Source: an uncultured Nitrospiraceae bacterium (lineage in GTDB: Bacteria > Nitrospirota > Nitrospiria > Nitrospirales > Nitrospiraceae). Taken from it: a stretch of 64,000 nt of DNA. The notes below the pieces were generated by a model. That model was not told where the DNA came from. It did not search any database and worked only from the letters and a program-made list of their open reading frames with translations. The translations under genes and the position numbers were made by a program. Shown piece by piece: positions 31,774-42,203 of the stretch. The DNA lies in contig CAVPLT010000001.1 in assembly GCA_963706325.1 (NCBI GenBank), forward strand, positions 544,001 through 608,000. Direction: 5' to 3'. Each line of letters starts with the position of its first letter. Positions within the stretch are counted from its first letter, which is position 1.

Positions 31774-33492
31774 ATGCGCACCAGCTTCACGCTGCTTTTA
31801 GTGGAAGACAGTAGGCAGGATGCAGAATTAGTGCTTGAGACGCTTCGAGAGGCGGGACTTGACCCCCTCTGCCGCCGTGTTGACACCAAAGAAGCCTACC
31901 TGCGGGAACTGAACGTTTCAGTACCTGACCTCATCCTGTCTGATTTTTCTCTGCCCCAATTCGACGGAAAAGCCGCGCTACAACTGTTGAAAGCGACGGG
32001 ATTGGAGATTCCCTTCATTATCGTTTCGGGGTGCATCGGCGAAGATATGGCCGTGGAATGCATGAAGGCAGGCGCGGCAGATTACCTGTTAAAGGAACGC
32101 TTGGGACGGTTGCCGCATGCTGTGTCACAGGCGCTGGAACGCAAGAGATTAGTGGAAGAGAAGCGCCAAGCGGAACAGCGGCTGTTTCTCGAAACCTTCC
32201 ATGACCCCCTCACCGGTCTGCCCAACCGCTCCCTGTTCCTTGACCGGGTCAATCGGGTCATTCTTCGAAACCGGCGAGATACGAGCCGCTTGTTTGCTGT
32301 GGTCTATCTCAGCCTCGAGGGGTTTCAGATTGTGCACAACAGCCTTGGGTCTACAGCAGCAGATCGATTACTCATCGAAGTCACCCGACGGATATTGATG
32401 CGAGTTCGTTCTGCCGATACGCTGGCTCGGCTTGGTGCGGAAGATTTCGTGTTCCTCCTCGACAATCTCAAGTCAGACGACAATGCCACCAGGGTGGCGG
32501 AGCGAGTGAGGCAAGAATTCGTGTTGCCATTTTCATTGGATGGGCAGGATATTTTTCTCACGGCGACTCTTGGCATTACCTTGAGCGCCACCGGGTACGA
32601 CGATGCAGAGCATGTATTGCGGGATGCGACGACGGCCGTACATCGGGCTCAGGCTCTCGGCCGCTCTGGTTTCGCCATCTTCGACCAGGTGATGCACGAT
32701 CAAGCCATGTCCCGGCTCAAATTGGAAACCGATCTGCGTCAAGCCATCGGACGGAATGAGTTTCGCTTCCATTATCAACCGATTATCGAGCTGCAGACGG
32801 GACAGATTGCGGGGTTTGAAGCCCTCATTCGCTGGCAGCATCCGGAGCAAGGACTCGTGACGCCGCATGCGTTCTTAACGACTGCGGCTGAACTGGGGAT
32901 GCTTCCGTCCTTGGGAGACTGGAGTTGCCGGGAGGCATGCGGGCAGCTACGTGCTTGGCAGGATGCTTTTCCGAAATTGATGCCGTTAACAATGAGCGTG
33001 AATCTTTCGACCGAACAATTTTCTAATGCGGACCTTGTGTCCACACTCCAGAAGGTGGTGCAGTCTACGGGTATAGCGCGCGGAAGCCTGAAGATCGAGA
33101 TTACGGAATCTGAAATAATGGAAAATCCGAAAGCGGTGAGGGATATGCTGCACCAACTCAAAGAGCAGGGTATCGAGGCCTGTTTGGATGATTTTGGAAC
33201 CGGCTATTCGTCTCTCAGCTATCTTCAGCAACTCCCGATCACGTTCATCAAGATTGATCAATCCTTCGTGCGGCGGTTAGGGGGAGAGGATGATGCCTTG
33301 GCAATCGTGAAGACGATCATGATCCTTGCGCATCAATTGGGTCGCAAAGTCATTGCAGAAGGGGTCGAAACCAGTGAACATCTGAGCATTCTCAGGTCGC
33401 TGGGTTGTGAGTATGCCCAAGGATACTTATTCGCAAAGCCTCTTCCCGAAGAGGCGGTTCCGCAACTTCTGGCAACAAGCCGGCGATGGTGA
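31774..33492 (+). CDS. REC-GGDEF(degenerate)-EAL protein, probable c-di-GMP phosphodiesterase
   Basis: VED, LSD; HDPLTGLPNR; GAEDF in place of GGDEF; FEALIRW; DDFGTGYSS; AEGVE; QGY. Confidence 0.93.
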   Translation: MRTSFTLLLVEDSRQDAELVLETLREAGLDPLCRRVDTKEAYLRELNVSVPDLILSDFSLPQFDGKAALQLLKATGLEIPFIIVSGCIGEDMAVECMKAGAADYLLKERLGRLPHAVSQALERKRLVEEKRQAEQRLFLETFHDPLTGLPNRSLFLDRVNRVILRNRRDTSRLFAVVYLSLEGFQIVHNSLGSTAADRLLIEVTRRILMRVRSADTLARLGAEDFVFLLDNLKSDDNATRVAERVRQEFVLPFSLDGQDIFLTATLGITLSATGYDDAEHVLRDATTAVHRAQALGRSGFAIFDQVMHDQAMSRLKLETDLRQAIGRNEFRFHYQPIIELQTGQIAGFEALIRWQHPEQGLVTPHAFLTTAAELGMLPSLGDWSCREACGQLRAWQDAFPKLMPLTMSVNLSTEQFSNADLVSTLQKVVQSTGIARGSLKIEITESEIMENPKAVRDMLHQLKEQGIEACLDDFGTGYSSLSYLQQLPITFIKIDQSFVRRLGGEDDALAIVKTIMILAHQLGRKVIAEGVETSEHLSILRSLGCEYAQGYLFAKPLPEEAVPQLLATSRRW

Positions 33493-33692
33493 TCTCTGGT
33501 GTGGTACGGACTGGTTCACATCATAATCAAACGATCGATAGTGCGACAGGCGCGGTTCAGACCAACAATCCTCCTCGCTACACCATTCTATTCCCCTCCC
33601 TGCGGTAGATCATCGGCGGCATAGCCAGGTTCACGATCCTCGGCTAGGCTTGCAACATGGACATCACGAAACCCACAGGAGGAGAAACGATT

Positions 33693-34071
33693 ATGTCAGC
33701 GAGGTACGATCGCGCCTCGTCGATCCCCATCCTGCCGATCAACGGCGATAAAATGTCGTCATTCGCGAATATCTGGCGAAAACCCATTTTTTATAGCGCC
33801 GGTCAGGAGGTCTTACAACGGGATGGAGAAATCAAGTTTACGATGACCTGTGGGGGGAGTTAGCCGCTGCACGGTGCGAGTCAGTTCTGCATTGCTATCT
33901 GATCAGCACCTCACTTCAATAGAGCTTCGCTGGGCCTTGAAGAAAAAGGATATTGCCCGCAAACTGCTCTCTGGCGACTACATCGATCTCAACCATGAGA
34001 TGCTGCGGACGGGAAATATGGGGGCAATTGCTCGGAGGCGGAGGCAAATCAGGAGTTCTGGCAATGAATGA
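33693..34071 (+). pseudogene. frameshifted hypothetical gene, paralog of 46271-46561
   Basis: Two ORFs join at the G6 run near 33851; the C-terminal part aligns by eye with the 46271-46561 product. Confidence 0.45.
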
Positions 34072-34295
34072 ACAAGGGTGCGATTGCCCTTTGCAGGAAG
34101 CTGGACCATCTGGTCTGAAGGTGTCAGGCAATGCTTATTGTCAGCATTCTCCACCTGACCAAGTGCTTTTCTTAGCCCGCTGCCCACGTACCCATTTTTT
34201 TGCTGCAGCAGACGACGAAGAGCTTAAGCTTCTGGCATTGTATGGTTGCTCTAGCAAATATGCGGCGATACTACAGAATGGACTAGGGACATGCT

Positions 34296-34538
34296 ATGCG
34301 TAGGTCGTGTTTAAGGTATGGTTCAGGGATGTTGGTGTGGATAGCACTGAGCTGGGGATGTGCGGCAGTTCCTCCCTGTTCTCCACCAGAGGGCCTCACA
34401 GCGCCTGCTTCATCAATCAACCCGTCAAGTTCCGCTTTACAGCAAAAAGTTAAAGCACAGGAGAAGCGCATCAGCGAGCTCTCAACGCAGTTGCAGATGC
34501 TGAGGCGTATTGATCAAGATCAGCAAAGGCCGCGATAG
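34296..34538 (+). CDS. small lipoprotein with coiled coil
   Basis: LSWGC lipobox-like motif; QEKRISELSTQLQML heptads. Confidence 0.65.
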   Translation: MRRSCLRYGSGMLVWIALSWGCAAVPPCSPPEGLTAPASSINPSSSALQQKVKAQEKRISELSTQLQMLRRIDQDQQRPR

Positions 34539-35184
34539 TATGAAGATAGCCGTGGGCACCATGTACTAAGAAAAGAAAGTCTATGATCGTCCGGCTTGAA
34601 ATTCTACGGCACATGTCGCCCGAATCGTATTGGCAACTCAAGCGATGTCAGGTGCAACGAGCCGCGATGATAGAGGCCCTAAGCGATCCTGCCTTGTTTC
34701 GTCCGATGCGGTCGACACGTTGGAGGAGGTCGCGTTGAGAATCGACGATTTGGTCTCACCCGGCCTACCACGCACTTAAGCCGCCGCCACATCCGCGCTT
34801 TCGCCATCAGGCATGTAGCATGGGTTCCGATTCTTGTCAGAGGGAAAGACATAAACAATCATATTCGGAACAACGAGCGATCCGACTTATCGGAATCCTG
34901 CCAAAAAATTTACCCCATAGTTGGTCATGCTATTGAAGACATACCTTTTCTTCGGGGACGCTCATTTTCCCTGACGGTGAGAGAAGGCTTGCTCAGCTAT
35001 CTTGTCGCCTAGTGCCAGCCCTAGTGGACCTCAATCGAATAGTAGCCTAGGCTCGAAAACGGCAGAATACGAAGCTCAGGGCGCGGGATGAAGATGCGAT
35101 GCTTATGCGCGCCAACTTCACGCTGAAAGCCTCGCCGCGCCAGAAGGCTTGAACGCGGTCATTGTCTAATCTTGGGAGCGATTC

Positions 35185-35775
35185 ATGATTCGTTTTGCGA
35201 GAAAACCGGACAGCGTCTTCTCTGAACTCATGGACTGTGCCATCACAGAGATCGTCGACAACTATTTGAATTTTGATAACCCACGGGATCAGGAAGATTG
35301 GTTGTGTGCCTCGATGCCGAGAGGAGCAAGATTTTTCACGGCGCCCCAGGCAAGGGAGCAACTGCTTGCCCTTCAGAAAATCTTTCACGATGACCGCCTG
35401 TATCAGCTCACTAAATACCACTGGCTGTTGTTGTATGAGTGCCTGGACACCTTTGCGCAGGGGTTCAATGAGCAGCCGGTTGGATGGTTAGCAAAAAAAT
35501 ATGGCATTCACCACATCGATTTTCGCAAGCTGATTCAGTTGTTTTTCTGGGACACCTCCTTTTTGGAGGATCATTTGGCGAAGATGAGTCGTCAAGAAAC
35601 ACGGACCATGTTGATTTGGCCGGAATCAATGGGACTCACGGCCGGCTTCAAGACCCATCCCGACGAGCTCGCATTCACCTTATGCAACGAAGCCCACACA
35701 AAGGACTTCCAAGAGAAAATCGAGGCCCCCGCATGGTCTGCCTCATCAAGTTCATATCCGAATGCGGTGAAATGA
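35185..35775 (+). CDS. hypothetical protein
   Basis: 196 aa, GGGAG SD, globular composition. Confidence 0.7.
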   Translation: MIRFARKPDSVFSELMDCAITEIVDNYLNFDNPRDQEDWLCASMPRGARFFTAPQAREQLLALQKIFHDDRLYQLTKYHWLLLYECLDTFAQGFNEQPVGWLAKKYGIHHIDFRKLIQLFFWDTSFLEDHLAKMSRQETRTMLIWPESMGLTAGFKTHPDELAFTLCNEAHTKDFQEKIEAPAWSASSSSYPNAVK

Positions 35776-35823
35776 CGGTCGGAGCTGACTGCGGGTGGCA
35801 TGATCGGCCACCCGGCTCCTTGC

Positions 35824-36291
35824 TTATGGCTTCGCAGGCTTTGTGCCCGCCAGGATCGCACGCACCTTTTCGAGCAACAGGTCTCCCGTCAACGGCTTCT
35901 GCAAGAAAGGATACTGTCGAAGCACTCTTGCCATCCCCCGGCCCCCCAATTTCCATGGCGAGCTCGCGGACATGAGCATAATCGGCGTCAGTGGCCACTT
36001 AGTGCGCAAAATCGGCACTAGCTTATCCCCGCGCATTCGGGGCGAGCCATTTTTGTGATTGTCCAGCTGAACCTCGGGTGGATACAGCATCACATCAATA
36101 AGGATCAGATCAATCTTCGCAGGATGCTCCGCACAAAGACGGTCCGCCTCGGCGCTGCCGATCGCCTTCAGTACCGAAAAGCCGTGGGCTTCCAGCTTAC
36201 CAGCGCAGAGAGTAAGCATCTCCACGTCATCATCGACAAGGAGATGGTGGACGGTCGTTGAGTGGGAAACGGATTCGTTAGTTGCCGACAT
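35824..36291 (-). CDS. single-domain response regulator
   Basis: LVDDD, LILID, MSA and LQKP motifs. Confidence 0.85.
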   Translation of the reverse strand: MSATNESVSHSTTVHHLLVDDDVEMLTLCAGKLEAHGFSVLKAIGSAEADRLCAEHPAKIDLILIDVMLYPPEVQLDNHKNGSPRMRGDKLVPILRTKWPLTPIMLMSASSPWKLGGRGMARVLRQYPFLQKPLTGDLLLEKVRAILAGTKPAKP

Positions 36292-36611
36292 GCCTCGTGT
36301 ACTCCATGAGCAGATTAGGCATTCGTCATGACGCCACTCTACTGCATTACTTCTCCAATGGAGCTAGGGAAACCCATAGGAGTCTTGAGCGCACTTTGTG
36401 AATTGGGCCCTACGGGCGCTATATCAAGGCACAGGTGTCCTCAAGCGGTGCCACTCAAGACGCCTCGTCAGTCGAATGTTAGAGCAATGCCTAGTGGTCG
36501 CGGCTCGTGCGAGTCTGTACGCTCTCTCGAGAACACCACTTTCATCTATTGTCGAAGGGGAGGAGTTTTATTAAAACGCTGTATAGGAAATTGCACGTCC
36601 GAGTCGGAGTA

Positions 36612-36970
36612 ATGCTCCTGGCACTTGGCGGTTTGCCGTTTATCGTGTGGGGCCAAGAGCCCATGACGGCGGCCCCCCGCAAGCGTCGTTCCCTCCATCT
36701 GAGAAATGCACCACGTCGACCCCGTGTCGAAATGTGACCAGAGAAGTGGTGAAGATAGAAGAATCATACTGGGTGCAATTTCCCAATGGGCAACAAACCC
36801 ATATTCGCGTGAAGCCCGACACGAAGATTGATTCGAGGGGCAGAATCGGCGACAGCATTGCCGCGCAACTCACGTCTACGGGGGATGCAGATGCGGTGAT
36901 TAAGCTGAGCGAGAAACCGCAGACCCTTGAGTTATGGAAGCCGGACAAGAACCTGATGGACATGCGCTAA
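36612..36970 (+). pseudogene. secreted small protein split by a frameshift at a C6 run (~36673)
   Basis: Signal-like N-terminus in one frame; beta-rich body (IRVKPDTKID...IGDSIAA) in another. Confidence 0.5.
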
Positions 36971-37132
36971 GAGGCTGTGCTCTTTGACTCGACGTAAAGG
37001 AAGCCCACAGCGCCCTCTCCACCGCCCGTGGGCATGGAGTGATGTGATCACCCGGGCGGACGTAGGTTGCGGGAGTGAGAGGCAGACATCAAAGAATACC
37101 GACAACATGCTGGTAAACAAAGGAGGGATGTT

Positions 37133-38047
37133 TTGTCTATGAACAGTTGTAAGACTTCGCATTTCAGTGTCACGCCCCGCTCGCGCGTGCTCATGATGGT
37201 TCTGTTGTTGGCTAGTCTGTCTTCGGCCGCTTGGGCGGCAGAAGAGTCCCTTGGGCCGGAGGCTACGCTGCGCCTCATTGTGGAGGCCAATGCCGCGCGA
37301 GACCTTGATACGATGTCCCGCTACATGTCGCACGATGCCGATGCAGTGGGGTACACCATCGACGGCCATAAATATGTCGGATGGCCTGCCCTAGAAGCAG
37401 AAATGCGGACAGAATTTAACGCCGTCCACAAGCTGGAGCTCCCGATCACGTACCTTCAAGTCTGGGAGAAGGGTGAACTAGCCTGGTTTGCGATGGAACT
37501 AGATTATATTCGGTACTTCAGCGCAGCGGATCTAAGTCAGCGGATGGTGCTACCGCTACGAGAAACGGGTGTCCTGGAGCGGCGAGAAGGCCGCTGGATT
37601 CTCATCGCGTGGCACGAATCGGGTAGGCAGCCGGACACGGGACTGGGTAGTCCACTGGAAGCTCCGGCGGCATTGCAGCATCGCACCGGTGGGATTCATG
37701 CGGACGCGGCCAACGGTAGCGACTTGAGCGGCCGGTGGGACATCACCGAGATTGAAGACAATAAGCAATACCGCGCGACGCTCGATGCTCAGGGCAATGG
37801 TGCGTATACTTGGCAGGGAGGGCAGATCCTGACCACAGCGTTTCACGATCGACGCTGGCAGGGGACCTGGAAGCAACCGGGCAATGATCGAGACGGAGGC
37901 TTTGAGGTCGTCCTATCAGAGGACGGGTCTGAAGCGAAGGGAATCTGGTGGTATAACCGGGTCGGGACGAAAAACAACATCCCGCCTCGGCAGCATGGCG
38001 GCAGTTATTTGTGGAAGCGGGTGATTTCCTCGCCCACGGTTCGCTGA
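37133..38047 (+). CDS. secreted SnoaL/NTF2-like domain protein with C-terminal beta domain
   Basis: Signal peptide AWA-A; LRETGVLERREGRWILIAWHES NTF2-like end. The start may be about 37140. Confidence 0.8.
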   Translation: MSMNSCKTSHFSVTPRSRVLMMVLLLASLSSAAWAAEESLGPEATLRLIVEANAARDLDTMSRYMSHDADAVGYTIDGHKYVGWPALEAEMRTEFNAVHKLELPITYLQVWEKGELAWFAMELDYIRYFSAADLSQRMVLPLRETGVLERREGRWILIAWHESGRQPDTGLGSPLEAPAALQHRTGGIHADAANGSDLSGRWDITEIEDNKQYRATLDAQGNGAYTWQGGQILTTAFHDRRWQGTWKQPGNDRDGGFEVVLSEDGSEAKGIWWYNRVGTKNNIPPRQHGGSYLWKRVISSPTVR

Positions 38048-38399
38048 ATAACTGTCTCGAAGGCCGCATGGGCATAACAGCGGACGGTGTGAGGATTGTT
38101 CCTTCGGGTTCCACCGCAATTCGCGGGTGCCAGCCGCTTCTGCGGCCTCCCGGCGCTCGGCAAAGTAGCCCATCGTCTTACCGTACAGTCGGAGTGCTTT
38201 CATATTTATCGACTATTGTGCCGGTTCAACCATCGGCCGCATCATCTCTCCAATCCTTGCATGGACCGTGGGTTTCGCATCAGTCCAGTGGACATTTCAT
38301 GGATGGTTTTGACATTGACGCGATGAGGCTTATAAACGGTCGATATGTCCGGAGTCGAATGTAGTCACAATCAGTCGCACACAAGTCTGCGTAAAGCGC

Positions 38400-38633
38400 T
38401 TACACATAATCATCATTTTTCTTGTCGGCCAACTTCCGCAACACCCTTTCGAGTCGGGCTTTAACCAACTGCTCTAAAAGCGACCTCATTTTCGGATCAG
38501 TCTTGAGCACCTGTTCCATCAGCTGCTGACTCATCGCAGCCGCCGAACGCAGTAAGCCCTGGTCTACGGAGTTTCCAATAGCCTCGTCGATGGAAATGGC
38601 TTTCCGCCTCTGATGTTTTTTCTTTCCGCTCAT
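38400..38633 (-). CDS. small hypothetical protein
   Basis: SD AGGAGGT, 77-aa basic helical ORF. Confidence 0.65.
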   Translation of the reverse strand: MSGKKKHQRRKAISIDEAIGNSVDQGLLRSAAAMSQQLMEQVLKTDPKMRSLLEQLVKARLERVLRKLADKKNDDYV

Positions 38634-39113
38634 TAGACCTCCTCATTCTGACTGCTGCTGAATGAACTTTTGATGCCGGTGTTACTTCCATGTGCAATCC
38701 CAGGCCTGCTCCTGGTTCAGCCTGGCAATTAATCGCAGGCAGTCGCAACCACAATTTTCAAACCATCGTTCCTTATGCGCCTGCGTAGCGAACGATCACT
38801 CACTCTTATTGTCTATAGTGCAAACTCAGAGTTCTGTAAGGTAGCTCGTGCGCGGGATGGTTAGGAACACTGAGTGTCTGATTGGGTTACAGCGGGGAAG
38901 AAATCACCGAGAGCTGATCTGAGAATGATTAGCGGTGCATGGTGCCTCAACCTGAAGAAAGTCAGGCCGTCGCTCTCGGCCTTAGACAGGGCCACTGCGT
39001 CCCAACGCTGGTCAATCTCACTCTAATATGGATATAGCTTTCACTCACTCATAGTGGAGACGTTCTAGTGTCTCAGTCCCCAGTTGCCCCTGAGCAGGGT
39101 CTGCCTACCTTCT

Positions 39114-39713
39114 CTACGAGAGATGAGAAGCATTGGAGTGAGAGCCATACATGACATCGGTGCGGAGCACGTACTTCTGTCCGCTCTGCACGACCGCACC
39201 TTCGTGCCAAATAGAATGTAAGAATACCAGCGCTGCTCCTGCCTTCGGCTGAACCGAGAGATATGGACATCGAGGCGGCTGGAATGCTTGCTCTATGCCC
39301 GCATAGAACCTCGTCTCCCCGCCGGCCATTCCGTCGTTCAGATAGATCATAAACGTTAACTCACTTTTATGCCAGGTCTCCATCCGCAGATACTGCCCGT
39401 CCCGATGAGGGTTGAAGGTCTGACCAGGTTGATACCGGTAGAAACGCCACCGTTCGTTGAACCCGACAAGGCGATGGTCCTCAAGGACAGCCGGCAGGAG
39501 GGATTCAGCGCGTTGAAACAGGTCTGAGGCGAGCGACTCATCGTCGACAATGACTCGCCCGTTGTTACGGACATCCTCGTACATGACGCCAGCGACGGTG
39601 CTTGGTTCGTAGGCAAGCGCTTCGCTCCGTCGAATCAGTGCCGCGCACTCCTCCTTCGACAGGAAATTGTGAATCACGAAGACCTTCTCCGAATCCAGCA
39701 CTTCTTTGATCAC
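39114..39713 (-). CDS. 2OG-Fe(II) oxygenase (prolyl-4-hydroxylase-like)
   Basis: FLS.EEC, F.PHRDG (HxD), IYLN..GGET, WHEG and KYVLR motifs. Confidence 0.9.
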   Translation of the reverse strand: MIKEVLDSEKVFVIHNFLSKEECAALIRRSEALAYEPSTVAGVMYEDVRNNGRVIVDDESLASDLFQRAESLLPAVLEDHRLVGFNERWRFYRYQPGQTFNPHRDGQYLRMETWHKSELTFMIYLNDGMAGGETRFYAGIEQAFQPPRCPYLSVQPKAGAALVFLHSIWHEGAVVQSGQKYVLRTDVMYGSHSNASHLS

Positions 39714-39855
39714 GACGACACCCCCTCCATTTCGCCTGGTGTCCTATCCCCACAACGTACCTCGTCCTGCAAAGCACTTGGATTGCACCCAGAGGCCAGC
39801 ATCGCATCAATGGTATTCCTGTGCACCAAATCTCTCATTTATCTCATGCAGCATT

Positions 39856-40105
39856 GGAGCTTGGGCCTTCGGGCAAAAATGTGATGGTGTATGGGACAAG
39901 CGGGAGCGCTATGGACGAACGCCCAGAGACGCTTCTGCCGGATGGCCGGAGCCTTAACCAGGAACTCACCAAGGCAGGATTGCCGCGGCAGTCTCGGAAG
40001 TACTCACAAAATCTAAGTTGGGAAAGTTGGACCGTCAGGCGCGAGTGGCGAAGAGAATGGCTGTGGGTAGAAACGCGCCTCCTACCATGTGGGAATGACG
40101 GGGGA
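39856..40105 (+). pseudogene. thermonuclease (SNase) remnant
   Basis: Fragments in shifting frames: AFG, ERYGRT, LPDGRSLNQELTKAGL, RKYS, ARVAKR and WE. Confidence 0.7.
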
Positions 40106-40218
40106 AGCGTCAAGCAGAGCTTCTAGGCGCGTCTGGATAGTTAGACTCTTGGTCTTATTTTGCATCTGGAGTATGCTTCCGCCCGTAGTTACAGAAATAC
40201 TTTCTAGACACATCTTCG

Positions 40219-41049
40219 ATGGGTAACTTCGCTTTTACGACCGCGTTGATTCTTTTACTGGCTTTGCCGGGATATTTATTTCGTGCCTGTTATAACTCCG
40301 GAGAGTTTACGCGTCAGCTGCTGTCCAGGACTTGGACCGATGATGTCGCGAAGGCGATTCTTTTCTCTGTCCCTTTCCACATCGCTTCGTTGGCATTCGT
40401 CGAGTATCTACAGCATGCCCACTGGTGGACCCATACTCTTTACGCTGAGTTGCCCTTCCGCGTTCTGACGGATCAGTACGCCGATCCATCCACACACCTC
40501 AAGGGATCTGTAACCGGGATAACCGGCGCTCTCTACAGCAATCAGCGGTATGTCTTAGCCTATTACGGTTTTGTCCTCGTGCTCGCCTTCCTGTCTGGTC
40601 ATGGCCTCCGCCATCTTGTATGGGAGTATGAATTAGATGTGAAATGGCCCGGCCTATTCCGATTTAAGAGCGAATGGATCTATCAGTTGATGGGGCGGGG
40701 GAAACTATTCGTTCCTCACGCCAATAGATTTTGCCGCATGGTTGGCATGGCGGGTGCCGGCTCTATCGCACATAAGGCTACGGTTGTCATTTTGGATGGA
40801 GTCACAGATCAACCGTCAGAAAGGCCGGGAAGGGCACAGCTGTATAGCGGGATAGTGGCCGGATTTACGGTCGATGACAAGGGAGGATTGAGCGAAATTG
40901 TACTCGTAAAGGCTAAACGAGGAAAGTTTTTGAAGAAGGCGCCGTTCGCGGGCTCTGAGTTTGTTCTAGAGGCGATTCCCGGCCGAGCTTTCGTGTTGCG
41001 TTACTCTACGGTAAAAAATATGAATCTCACTTACCTGCCTGTACCTTAA
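40219..41049 (+). CDS. hypothetical membrane protein (about 3 TM plus C-terminal beta domain)
   Basis: LLLALPGYLF N-terminus, hydrophobic helices, LYSGIVAGF strand. Confidence 0.7.
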   Translation: MGNFAFTTALILLLALPGYLFRACYNSGEFTRQLLSRTWTDDVAKAILFSVPFHIASLAFVEYLQHAHWWTHTLYAELPFRVLTDQYADPSTHLKGSVTGITGALYSNQRYVLAYYGFVLVLAFLSGHGLRHLVWEYELDVKWPGLFRFKSEWIYQLMGRGKLFVPHANRFCRMVGMAGAGSIAHKATVVILDGVTDQPSERPGRAQLYSGIVAGFTVDDKGGLSEIVLVKAKRGKFLKKAPFAGSEFVLEAIPGRAFVLRYSTVKNMNLTYLPVP

Positions 41050-41570
41050 CGGGGGCTTTAGTGCCCCCGGCCATACCCATACATGAGGATTGGTGAGCCT
41101 TAGTGAAGAGCTCATCCAACTTACCTTCCTTTTCCAATTTGTCCGCGAGTTGATTGATTTGTTCGGTAAGGACGAAATATGTACCCATAAAGCCTCCGTA
41201 CAGGTGTACGTTGATATCCTAATCCTTGCCCGATAGGGAATCAAGTAATCTCCCATAATGCCCCCTCGCTGGTCTGATTCAACGGTCGGTCCAATAGTTA
41301 CGATGGGACGACTCGCTAAGTTGCAGGGCAGAAGTGAGTTTGAACTTACTATATCGCCAAGCACAGCTTAGCCACCGCATCCGCCACGTCGCGGGTCGGG
41401 CGGGAAAGCCCCCCCTCGCGCTTACACGGGGACGCTCTCCGCGGAATGATTCCAGGATTTTCTATAGTCCATCCCGCATACCTTGATTTCTCCTAGGGTG
41501 CGTCCCAGTGCCCGCCAAAGCTGACACGGTCTAAAATGCCTCAAGTAGAAAGTGGAAAGGGGGTATCTCC

Positions 41571-41789
41571 ATGCCGTGTAATCGTTGCCACAATCTGATG
41601 TTTCCTGTTGATCTGTTGGACGAAGCCGGTGGGATTCTGCATCAACCAGATGCCGCTTGGCGATGCTTTGCCTGCGGCAATATTGTTGATCCTCTCATTC
41701 AGGTGAATCGCAGTCGGCACCACGAGCCTGAGGGCGACTCCCACAGACGGGGGGCACGGTTGAGGATAGCGCAGAGTGCGGCGGCCTGA
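41571..41789 (+). CDS. small Cys4 zinc-ribbon protein, family copy 1
   Basis: CNRC...WRCFACGNIVDP.I..NR; SD AAGGGG. Confidence 0.75.
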   Translation: MPCNRCHNLMFPVDLLDEAGGILHQPDAAWRCFACGNIVDPLIQVNRSRHHEPEGDSHRRGARLRIAQSAAA

Positions 41790-42203
41790 TCATGATCTGT
41801 CGGCGGGGCCATGTCGCTACTATACGAGGGCACAAGCATTGTAAGGCCATGGAGAACTCGTGGTAACTGCGACGACCCGATAGATCTACTCGTGTGGGGC
41901 CGTGAGATGGCACGTCGCTGATGATCTCGCCAACGCGGTCATGGTCGCCATGTGCGATACGTAATCGGTTCGACGATTTGACGCTGGTATTCAAGCTATG
42001 TGTACCCTGATCATGAGCCGCCCCGCTGGATCGTTCGAGAGGTTGTGAGTGCCCCGAGTCGTCCTCCCGTGGATTACCGGCCCCCGGCCTTTGAGTGTGA
42101 ATGCACTGAGGCTCCCCCCAGCGATGCTGCATGGCTTCTGAGAAACGGCTGTGTCCTTTCGAGATGTGCAAGCTAGGGTTGCTGCACCTCAATACGCTTG
42201 ACC

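Noticed and set aside
26823..33533. 12-bp direct repeat cataatcaaacg at 26823 and 33522 as a possible att site
   Set aside because: It is not part of the tRNA, and 12-mer matches are expected by chance in 64 kb.
41505..41535. cgccaaagctgacacggtctaaaa resembles the P2 part of a c-di-GMP-I riboswitch
   Set aside because: The upstream GGCAAA/GAAA-tetraloop P1 elements and a downstream pairing partner are missing.
41828..41843. GGGCACAAGCATTGTA, similar to the lpxC sigma54 site
   Set aside because: The -12 GC is absent (GT) and there is no credible downstream gene.
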